From assembly GCA_965230935.1 (NCBI GenBank), contig OZ246400.1, positions 502,359 through 566,358 on the forward strand: a DNA stretch of 64,000 bases. The letters are read 5' to 3'. The notes under the pieces are model-generated. The model saw only the letters and a list, made by a program, of their open reading frames with translations, did not search any database and was not told the DNA's origin. The position numbers and the translations under genes are program-made. Below, one piece after another: positions 11,018-19,057 of the stretch (its first letter is position 1; each line of letters starts with the position of its first letter). This stretch comes from an uncultured Gammaproteobacteria bacterium. Lineage in GTDB: Bacteria; Patescibacteriota; Patescibacteriia; Magasanikbacterales; JBBTQS01.

Positions 11018-11146
11018 CGCATCGACCACAACACATAACAACTGACAACGAGATCGCTCTGCTAAACCTTCAGCGGGGTGATTTTTATTTAGAATTAAAA
11101 GAACCTCGCGAACGCGCCACGAGACTCTCTTGTTGTTAGTTAGTTG

Positions 11147-12991
11147 TTACAGGTTTGTGCACCCGCTATCTGCCAACACAAACGTCCTAGCGGTACTGCG
11201 CTCTTTCCGAGGAAGGAACGAAAGATACCGCTTAAACGCCCGACAGGCAGCCGGCTTGTTGTGCCGACGCAGGTATGCGTACCCTTGCTTGCGCAGCCGC
11301 TGGGCTTGCTGGGCTTGCGTGAGCTGCGGCTTGAGCTTGCTTTGCGCACGCCGTGCGAAGCGCTCGGCCAGTTGATACTGACCATCACGCCGCGGCGTTC
11401 GCCAGGAGTCAAACTCCAAACTCAACGGCGCCCGAACACGTCGAGGCGGATTCATCACCTCACCGTCTCGTCGAGGAGTACGCATTGGCTGCTGAACCAC
11501 CTCTGGAACCGGTGCAGGAGCTTCCACTGTCTCGGGTGCAGGTTCCGACTGCTCCTCTTGGATCGGAACCGCCGACTCTGGCGCCGCCTGTGTGAGCGAG
11601 GTAGCGCTATCACCCATCTGCAGTGTATCGTCCTCCGGGCGTTGTACCAGAAAAACCACCACCAGCAGCAATGCAACGACCGCCACTGCGAAGAGCCCGA
11701 TCAGCCGCTTGTTACGCGCGACAGGTCCCACTCCAGCGGAGAGCATGTGTGCCATGGTCGGCGACGAAGCCGGTGTCGCATCCACCAGAACAGTCGGCGA
11801 GGCCGACGGTGTTTTGGTGGTCGGACTGTTCGGCGTCAGTGCCTGAGCAGTCTCTCCGCGCCCCGAAACGATCTGCCCCGGAGCGATGATCGACACACTC
11901 GGTGATGGCGACGGCGTTTCCACCAAAGGACCAGACACCATAGCAGCCGCGCCACGAGAACTGGTCCGAGCAACCTGCAAGCGCAAGCTGATCTGCTCGA
12001 GCTGCTCAGCCACCTCTTCTGCAGTTTGCACCCGATCCTCGGGCTTGATCTGCATCAGCTTGAGTGCCAGCGCGCTCAACTCCGGATCAGCGTCTGAATT
12101 GTGCTTGCGCGGATCCAGGCCCTTGACGATCTCGGGGTCAAAACGCTGAATCAGCATCGCCATGGCAACTTCGTGCGTCTCCAGCTGAGCCGAAGTCGAC
12201 GAATCCACGGTGAAGGGCATCTCGCCGGAGAGACACTCGTAGAGCATCACGCCCAGCGCATACAGATCGCTTCGGCCATCGATGCCAGCGTCGCCCCGCG
12301 CCTGCTCCGGTGACATGTACTGCGGCGTGCCGCACACCATGCCGGCGGTCGTCAGACGTTTGGCGAGCTCGGTCTGCTCCTCCCCTGGGCCTAAAACCAC
12401 CTCCACGGGCATCTTGACGATCCCAAAATCCAGAAGCTTGACCACGTCGCGACCCTTTGCACCGGAGACCACCATCACGTTCTCGGGCTTGAGATCGCGG
12501 TGGATCACGTCCTTGCCATGCGCATGGGCCAGCGCAAGGCAGATCTCCCGGAAGATGTACGCCACACGGAACTGTTCCATGAACTTGCCCACCTGGCGAC
12601 GCCCCCAGTTGATCACCGCCAGCTCCTTACCGTCGAGGTACTCCATGGCAATGTAGAGCAGCCCCTTGAGTGGAACCGGCGACGAGATTTCGTCAACCGA
12701 GTACACGGTGAGAAATCCGGGATGGTGCGACATCTTGGCCATTGCGGTGACCTCGCGCCGGAACCGTGCACGAGCCATCGATTCCTGGAGGAACTCTGGC
12801 TTGAACACCTTGAGTGCGACCTCACGTCCGCCGACGCTCTTCTCCTGGGCGAGATAGACAATACCCATCCCGCCGGTGCCGATGTGGCGAACGATCTTGA
12901 AGTTGCCGTTGATGATCTGACCTGGGACCAACGTCGTGGTCACCAGCTCACTCGACACCACTCCGGATGCCGGCTGACGTTGCTGTGCCAC
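11147..12991 (-). CDS. Membrane-anchored Ser/Thr protein kinase (Hanks-type) with a C-terminal TM and basic extracellular tail
   Basis: Kinase subdomains are present: GTGGMGIVYLA, VALKV, HRDLKPENVMV, DFGIVK, GTPQYMSPEQ. TM segment LIGLFAVAVVALLLVVVFLV. About 62% GC. Confidence 0.85.
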   Translation of the reverse strand: MAQQRQPASGVVSSELVTTTLVPGQIINGNFKIVRHIGTGGMGIVYLAQEKSVGGREVALKVFKPEFLQESMARARFRREVTAMAKMSHHPGFLTVYSVDEISSPVPLKGLLYIAMEYLDGKELAVINWGRRQVGKFMEQFRVAYIFREICLALAHAHGKDVIHRDLKPENVMVVSGAKGRDVVKLLDFGIVKMPVEVVLGPGEEQTELAKRLTTAGMVCGTPQYMSPEQARGDAGIDGRSDLYALGVMLYECLSGEMPFTVDSSTSAQLETHEVAMAMLIQRFDPEIVKGLDPRKHNSDADPELSALALKLMQIKPEDRVQTAEEVAEQLEQISLRLQVARTSSRGAAAMVSGPLVETPSPSPSVSIIAPGQIVSGRGETAQALTPNSPTTKTPSASPTVLVDATPASSPTMAHMLSAGVGPVARNKRLIGLFAVAVVALLLVVVFLVQRPEDDTLQMGDSATSLTQAAPESAVPIQEEQSEPAPETVEAPAPVPEVVQQPMRTPRRDGEVMNPPRRVRAPLSLEFDSWRTPRRDGQYQLAERFARRAQSKLKPQLTQAQQAQRLRKQGYAYLRRHNKPAACRAFKRYLSFLPRKERSTARTFVLADSGCTNL

Positions 12992-13374
12992 GGTTGTCCT
13001 CCCTGTAGCTGCGAGTTCGATGTTCGATAAGACGATTCTAGGCCAATCCCAGCATCATCTCACGAATCCGAACTCTCAGCTCATAAAAAGAACTGTCTAT
13101 ATTTAGTATAGACCAACTGATTTAGTATCCAAAATCAGGAGGATATATTGTAGGATTTCAGCGTAATTTTGTCAATAATTGAAAAACCACCAAAGATTAC
13201 TTTAGTGGCCTTTCAAATTTGGAATTTTGCATTCCAGTAATGTGCAGGCTACTGAACGACGTCGACAACCTTCTGCTCCAAATGCAGGAAAATCCCCTAA
13301 AATGGCAAAACCCACATACGATGTACTCGTCGTGGGCTGCGTTGTTGTGAGTTAGTTATTGGATGTTGGCCGAC

Positions 13375-14409
13375 CTACGAGTCGTACCGGTCAGGTTTGT
13401 CGTAGGCGATGATTACAATATCGATGCCGGAGATGTGATGATCGCGCCAGCCACGATTCTTACTGGCGATACGCCAAGCAACCGCCAACCCTGCCATGGT
13501 CGTGCGACCATATGGCAAAGTCAGGTAGTTGTCCCAGTGCGGCAACCCATGCGTCATCGGCAGTCCTGGAAATCCTTCCAGATCGCGACCAACCGGAGCG
13601 TATTGCTTGTTGGTCAACTCGTCGCTCACCAGGACCGTGTCTGAGACTAACTCTTCTTCAAAGGCCGCCCTGATGTGAGGAAAGGGAATCCCCGGAAAGC
13701 TGGTGCCAGGCAAGCGATGCCGTGGCAGACTACCAGGCTCGATCCCGTACTCTTGCTTGTACCGTCCTGGGTAGATCATCTCGTAACCCACCCCTGACTG
13801 GAAGGATTCGAACGTCACGACCCGGACCCCAGCACGATTGAACACGCGACCCGGACCCAGGACACTCGAACCGTTGCCAAGCCCAGCGACATAGACGTCG
13901 ACTTCACGCCCGCGCTGTTCGAGAACCTCTTCTCCGATCGCTGCGAGTGCTGAGGTTGTAATCGTGTTCTCTGTCCCCCCAGCCCACATCGAGTGATTCA
14001 AGAAGAACACATCGGGGTTATCCGGTAGGTACCTCCGGAGAAAATCCGGAAAGCCGCTCACGTAGGTTTCAGCCGAGGTGAAAATGAGCTCTGCGCCCTG
14101 TGCCTTGATGGCCTCCTCACGCGCACGCTCACCCCCTGCAGGGATCGCGACTATACAATGGTAGCCGAGCTCGCGACCAATCCCAGCAAATGACACGCCG
14201 GCGCTCCCTGAGGTTGTCTCCAACACCTTGTCACCTGGCTGTATCCGTCCCTGGCTTTCCCAGTACCGGAACAGCGCGAGGTACACCCGATCGTAGTGAC
14301 TCCCCCACGGGTTGTCGCACTCCAACTTGAGCCAGATGCGACAGTCGTTTGGCACATACCCGCTGTATTGAACCAGCGGAGTATTACCGATACTCTTCAG
14401 TATGGACAT
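13375..14409 (-). CDS. PLP-dependent enzyme of the CysK/CBS (Trp-synthase beta) superfamily
   Basis: MSILKSIGNTPLVQ... and TSGSAGVSFAGIGRELGYHCIVAIP resemble the cysteine-synthase N-terminus and the lysine/Gly-loop region. Start at the internal Met; the ORF extends to 14493. About 57% GC. Confidence 0.7.
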   Translation of the reverse strand: MSILKSIGNTPLVQYSGYVPNDCRIWLKLECDNPWGSHYDRVYLALFRYWESQGRIQPGDKVLETTSGSAGVSFAGIGRELGYHCIVAIPAGGERAREEAIKAQGAELIFTSAETYVSGFPDFLRRYLPDNPDVFFLNHSMWAGGTENTITTSALAAIGEEVLEQRGREVDVYVAGLGNGSSVLGPGRVFNRAGVRVVTFESFQSGVGYEMIYPGRYKQEYGIEPGSLPRHRLPGTSFPGIPFPHIRAAFEEELVSDTVLVSDELTNKQYAPVGRDLEGFPGLPMTHGLPHWDNYLTLPYGRTTMAGLAVAWRIASKNRGWRDHHISGIDIVIIAYDKPDRYDS

Positions 14410-14675
14410 CTCCGCTTCTCCTCTCGCACTACCACACGCAGCAAAACGGCGTATCGGCTTCTGTGTGCAGATGATGCGACAGGAGTAGATCACATTGAAT
14501 CACGATTTCATGATTTCGTCAACATGATCAAAGGGTTCAAGTCCTGTGGGGAGTCCCTACTGGAATGTGCCTAATTTTGGTAGAAGAAAATTCCCAAATT
14601 TCACTGACGTGGAACCCAAAAATCTCGCCTAAAATTAGACGAGATTTCGGGGTCAAAAATGACATTTTTTGTGAG

Positions 14676-14762
14676 TGCTGAAGAGAGGACTTGAACCTCC
14701 ACCCCGGTTGCCCAGGACCAGGCCCTCAACCTGGCGCGTCTACCAATTCCGCCACTTCAGCG
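14676..14762 (-). tRNA. tRNA-Leu (anticodon GAG), long variable arm
   Basis: Minus-strand sequence GCTGAAGTGGCGGAATTGGTAGACGCGCCAGGTTGAGGGCCTGGTCCTGGGCAACCGGGGTGGAGGTTCAAGTCCTCTCTTCAGCA. Anticodon loop TTGAGGG. Confidence 0.88.
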
Positions 14763-14764
14763 CG

Positions 14765-15538
14765 TTATACAAACGCTCGTTTTTTACCGGTGATCAACTT
14801 CACACGATGCGGAGCAAGTTTGATCTCCACACGAGTCTCTTTACTTCGTTGACCATCAATAAATAATTCAAACGGCGTTTTGGCATATACAGTCATACGC
14901 TCAAACGGCAATACGGTGAGCGGTGCATACTGGGTACGCCAAAAAGCCTTTTTCCTTGCTTGCTTTTGTAATGGACGAACAAACACCTCGAGCTTGCGAT
15001 CTTTTGGATGACTCATTTTACCATAATGCTGCTTACACCAGGGCATGGTTCGCAGATTGCATACCGCCAACTCAAGTGCATCACTGGTTGGTCCCATGGC
15101 ATACTTACCGTCCATTGCCATCCAAATCTTACTCATGGGGATGTGTACTTCACCAATGGCATATCGATTGTTAATCGACAGTACATCAATCGCGAGCACT
15201 CGTCGCGCGCTCACGACTGCACAGGCATCAGCACCATACGGAATCCCAAGTAACTTACTCATTCCAACTTCGCGCCCAATTGGAATCCACCCAAATACCA
15301 TCTCGACATCAGCGCATTGGGTCAACACCTTGCTAAACGTATTCTCATCTCCAACCACAACTGCAGTCTTTGCACCATGACGAATCTCGTCATGCAAGAT
15401 TGCTTTGGGATTTGAAAACGCAGCGAGTTTGACAATTTTGCCACTCAACTCCAAATCAGTCAACCGGTTTTCAATACTTTTCAGTACGCGTGCGTATGGT
15501 CCGGTTTTGACAAACGTGTCATACAAGTACACGTACAT
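14765..15538 (-). CDS. DAGK_cat/YegS-like lipid-kinase-fold protein with a degenerate GGDGT motif
   Basis: MYVYLYDTFVKTG...KTAVVVGDENTFSKVL matches the N-terminal beta-strand plus GGDGT-like loop of the diacylglycerol/NAD kinase fold. Assignment is tentative. Confidence 0.4.
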   Translation of the reverse strand: MYVYLYDTFVKTGPYARVLKSIENRLTDLELSGKIVKLAAFSNPKAILHDEIRHGAKTAVVVGDENTFSKVLTQCADVEMVFGWIPIGREVGMSKLLGIPYGADACAVVSARRVLAIDVLSINNRYAIGEVHIPMSKIWMAMDGKYAMGPTSDALELAVCNLRTMPWCKQHYGKMSHPKDRKLEVFVRPLQKQARKKAFWRTQYAPLTVLPFERMTVYAKTPFELFIDGQRSKETRVEIKLAPHRVKLITGKKRAFV

Positions 15539-15543
15539 AGTGG

Positions 15544-16032
15544 TTATGCAGTTGCACGTGCTTCAACCGTACTAGTACGTCGGGTACGTGCGCGACTGGT
15601 TGCCGGCTTGGTTTCTTTCACTGCTTTTGTATGCTCATTTGGCATGGCACATTTTCCATGCAACGTAGCACCACCTGCCACAATCAACCGTGCCGCTTGC
15701 ACATCACCGATCACAACTGCAGTCTCGGTTAACTCAAGCGTATCTTTGATTTTGACATTACCAGTAATCTCTCCGGAGATCTTTGCGTTTTGTGCACTGA
15801 CACTTGCCAAAATCTTAGCGCCGGTCTCGACAGTCAGATCTTTTGCTGTCTTGACATTGCCGGCAACTGTCCCTTGGACAATCATACTCCCTTTACTGCT
15901 AAAATCCCCTTCGACCTCTACTGAAGGACCAACAATGGTCTCCACATCATGGCCTACCTCTTGCTGAGTATCTACAGTGATCTCTTGTTGATCGCGATCG
16001 TTCTCCTCTTGTTTATTCTTTTGTTTGAACAT
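15544..16032 (-). CDS. Bactofilin-family cytoskeletal protein
   Basis: Repetitive beta-helix pattern (VEGDFSSKGSMIVQGTVAGNVKTAKDLTVETGAKILASVSAQNAKISGEITGNVKIKD...) typical of DUF583/bactofilin, with basic termini. Confidence 0.7.
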   Translation of the reverse strand: MFKQKNKQEENDRDQQEITVDTQQEVGHDVETIVGPSVEVEGDFSSKGSMIVQGTVAGNVKTAKDLTVETGAKILASVSAQNAKISGEITGNVKIKDTLELTETAVVIGDVQAARLIVAGGATLHGKCAMPNEHTKAVKETKPATSRARTRRTSTVEARATA

Positions 16033-16109
16033 AATTAGTATTCACCTAAATGCAAAATGAAAACAGTGCACCCATATGGTACACTGCACCGGATACTTTG
16101 ACAAGTAGC

Positions 16110-17834
16110 TTACATCTGCTCCAAATATGGCACGCCAAGAATTTCCATAGCATCTTTAAGTGCCTCGCTCATCACCTGCACAAGCGCCAAACGCACATGA
16201 TGAACCTCTCCTGAATCATCAATCACTTGAGAAGATTCATAAAACGTTCCAACCATCTGTGCGAGCTCATAAGCAAAGCGTGCAATGTGTGACGGGTCAT
16301 AGTGTGCTGCTGCTTGGGCCAAGACTTCTGGGTACCACAACAGATGAATCATAATCTTACGTTCAACAGCAGTAAGGTCATTGGTCCACTCAACTTTTTG
16401 GAGAGCATCCACACCAACCTTACTCAAAATCCCATGCAACCGGGCACCGGCATACTGCAATGCCACTGAGCTAAATCCATGCAAGGACAATGCTGAGTCC
16501 ATATCAAACACAATCTGTTGATTACTACCAACAGAGACCATGGTAAACTTCATCGCCCCCATTGCAATATCACGCGCTACCGCCTGTACATGAACCGCAT
16601 TCCAATCGGGGTGTCGTGCAACAATCTCCTCTTGCGCCCGCGCAATAAGTGCGTCACGTAAATCACGATGACGAATCACGGTTCCGGTTCTCGAACTCAT
16701 CATACCATCGGGCAAGGTCACAAAATCATACCCAATGTGCACCAACTCTTTTTGCATGCCAGAAAGCTCCAACACTTTGTACAGTTGTGCAAAGTATTGG
16801 CCCTGACGAATATCCGTAAGCACAATACTGGTGCTGGCTTCTGGATACCGCTCGAATTTCGCATCAACCAAAGCCAAATCGGTGGTAGAATACAGGCCAG
16901 TGCCATCGGACTTGAGCAGGAGCAAGACTCCAAGATTGTACTCTTCAAGATCTGCAATAATTGCGCCTTGAGATTTTTTCACCACTCCGGCACTTAATAG
17001 CGCATCAACCTTGGCCTTTCCATTGTGCTTAACATCACTTTCAAAAAACAAGCTATCAAACTCTAAATCCATCTCATTATATACCACCTCAAACCCAGCC
17101 ATACTCCAATCACGTGTCTTGCGCCACAGCGCATGCTCTGGTGAATTTGGGTCGTCTTCAATCGCCTTAAGCACTGCGTCAACCTCAGCTCGTGCAGCAT
17201 CATCGCCTTCCATCTTAGCGCTAGCCTCAGCGTATATGTCAGCAAGCGTTTCCATTTTAGTTGCTTCCTCTGTTGTGATTACTTCAATACCACCTCCACC
17301 ATGAAACTTCTGCAAGCCCCAAATACACTTGGCAACATTCATGCCAAAATCATTCACAAAGTTTACCGGGATAACCATGTTTCCTTGTGAGCGGAGCAGC
17401 TGAATAATACTTGCGCCAAGCGCATGGTTTCGCACATGACCAATATGCACCTCTTTATGCGTATTCAATCCTGAATATTCAAAAATGATTTTTTTCGTCT
17501 GCTCTTTGTGCCAACCATAGCGGTCGCCTTCTTTCAAAATTTCGTCACTGAGCCCCCCGGCAAGTCGCGCGGTATCCAAATGTACATTGACATATGGCCC
17601 GGTGGCCTCAACACGATCAACTAAGACTAATGTCGCCGCAGATAACTCTTTGACAATCTCTTTGGCAAGGTCAGCCGGAGAGATCTTCTTTTCTTTTGCC
17701 ATGGCAAAACAGGGATAACTAATATCACCCATCTCTGGTTTTGGCGGACTGAGTAGATCAGCCGGAGTCACGTTGTATTGCGCTGCCGCACTGATGGCAT
17801 CAGCAATGGTTTCTTTCAGGTGAAGTAGAATCAT
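16110..17834 (-). CDS. argS: Arginyl-tRNA synthetase
   Basis: Class-I HIGH motif (HIGHVRN), the N-terminal add-1 domain (MILLHLKETIADAISAA...), an anticodon-binding C-terminus and an MSSRTG KMSK-like region. The start codon lies 1 nt after the tyrS stop. Confidence 0.92.
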   Translation of the reverse strand: MILLHLKETIADAISAAAQYNVTPADLLSPPKPEMGDISYPCFAMAKEKKISPADLAKEIVKELSAATLVLVDRVEATGPYVNVHLDTARLAGGLSDEILKEGDRYGWHKEQTKKIIFEYSGLNTHKEVHIGHVRNHALGASIIQLLRSQGNMVIPVNFVNDFGMNVAKCIWGLQKFHGGGGIEVITTEEATKMETLADIYAEASAKMEGDDAARAEVDAVLKAIEDDPNSPEHALWRKTRDWSMAGFEVVYNEMDLEFDSLFFESDVKHNGKAKVDALLSAGVVKKSQGAIIADLEEYNLGVLLLLKSDGTGLYSTTDLALVDAKFERYPEASTSIVLTDIRQGQYFAQLYKVLELSGMQKELVHIGYDFVTLPDGMMSSRTGTVIRHRDLRDALIARAQEEIVARHPDWNAVHVQAVARDIAMGAMKFTMVSVGSNQQIVFDMDSALSLHGFSSVALQYAGARLHGILSKVGVDALQKVEWTNDLTAVERKIMIHLLWYPEVLAQAAAHYDPSHIARFAYELAQMVGTFYESSQVIDDSGEVHHVRLALVQVMSEALKDAMEILGVPYLEQM

Positions 17835-17835
17835 A

Positions 17836-19056
17836 CTATGGTTTGACCCGTGCAAAGTGCCGCTTTCCTTTTCGCAAAACAATTCCTTTGCCAAGAGTGA
17901 TCTCCTCTGTAATGTCAGTAATCTTTTTTTCATCAACTGAAACGCCACCCTGTTCAATCGCCCGACGTGCCTCACTTTTGCTTTTAACAAGCGTGGCTGC
18001 GACCAACAGCTCGACAATATTCATTGTTTTCGCGCCAACAGAAACCTCTGGCATATCATCTGGATTTTCTCCTGCGCTAAATACTTTGTCGAAATGCTCC
18101 TGTGCCATTTGGGCTGCTGCTTCGCTGTAATAATCACGTACAATAGTATATGCAAGCTGACGTTTGTAATCACGTGGGTTCTCTCCTTTTTTCAAACCTT
18201 TTTCGATCTGCTTGAGTGCATCCATTGGCTCAAGAGTACAGAGCTCAAATCCAGGAACAATTAGCCCATCGCTCCAGCTCATCACTTTGCCGTACGCATC
18301 TTCAGGAGTATCGGTGAACGCTAACATATTGCCAGTGGTTTTGCCCATTTTGGCTCCTGAGTTATCGGTCAACAACTTCATGGTGATGACAAACTTCTCT
18401 TTACCATTACATAGCGCCTTCATTAAAGTACGCCCAGCCAACATGTTGAAGGTTTGATCATTCCCACCAACCTCGCCATCAATTCCTCCTTTAACAATTT
18501 TGACTGAATCATAGCCTTGCATCAGTGGATACATAAACTCATGAAGGTAAATTGGCTTGCCCTCCTTCATGCGATTATCAAACATATCACGCTCAAGCAT
18601 GCGCTGAACTGTAAAATGGCTGGCAAGCTCAATCACATCAGCAAAACTCATCTCATGGAGCCACTCCCCATTGTATTTAAGCTCTGCCTTGTTCTTGCCG
18701 ATAAAGTCCAAAATATGCGCTGCTTGCTCTTGATACACTTTAGCGTTTTTCAAGGTCTCTTTGTGCGTCAACCGCTTGCGCGCGGAAGTCTTATCAGTTG
18801 GATCACCGATCATGCCGGTAAAATCACCAATGAGCATGATGACTTTGTGGCCAAGCAATTGAAAATGGCGAAGCTTAAGCAAGGTAATTGCATGGCCAAC
18901 ATGGAGCGTGGGTGCAGTAGGATCATACCCAACGTACAAGGTAAGCTTTTTTCCTTCTTGCAAGCGTGCTTTTACAAAATCGCGCGATGGATAGATATTT
19001 TCTACTCCGCGATCAAGCACTTGATCAATGAGTTGTGAGTCAGTTGAGATAGGCAT
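17836..19056 (-). CDS. tyrS: Tyrosyl-tRNA synthetase
   Basis: YVGYDPTAPTLHVGHAI (HIGH), KMGKT (KMSKS) and a C-terminal S4-like domain. Start at MPISTDSQ, 1 nt after the valS stop. Confidence 0.92.
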   Translation of the reverse strand: MPISTDSQLIDQVLDRGVENIYPSRDFVKARLQEGKKLTLYVGYDPTAPTLHVGHAITLLKLRHFQLLGHKVIMLIGDFTGMIGDPTDKTSARKRLTHKETLKNAKVYQEQAAHILDFIGKNKAELKYNGEWLHEMSFADVIELASHFTVQRMLERDMFDNRMKEGKPIYLHEFMYPLMQGYDSVKIVKGGIDGEVGGNDQTFNMLAGRTLMKALCNGKEKFVITMKLLTDNSGAKMGKTTGNMLAFTDTPEDAYGKVMSWSDGLIVPGFELCTLEPMDALKQIEKGLKKGENPRDYKRQLAYTIVRDYYSEAAAQMAQEHFDKVFSAGENPDDMPEVSVGAKTMNIVELLVAATLVKSKSEARRAIEQGGVSVDEKKITDITEEITLGKGIVLRKGKRHFARVKP

Positions 19057-19057
19057 A

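Noticed and set aside
9653-11041. 462-aa minus-strand ORF, and other long ORFs on both strands of the GC-rich segments (11144-11905, 22020-23078, 22792-23763, 22895-23782, 23210-23818, 50718-51203)
   Set aside because: High GC content suppresses stop codons in all frames. Translations are Arg/Ala/Pro low-complexity. The partner-strand genes have signal peptides, kinase motifs, SDs and promoters.
14530-14560. Possible additional tRNA at the island boundary (GGTTCAAGTCCT T-loop-like string)
   Set aside because: Flanking sequence cannot form a T stem, acceptor stem or anticodon arm. It is treated as a fragment and mentioned only under the tRNA-duplication finding.
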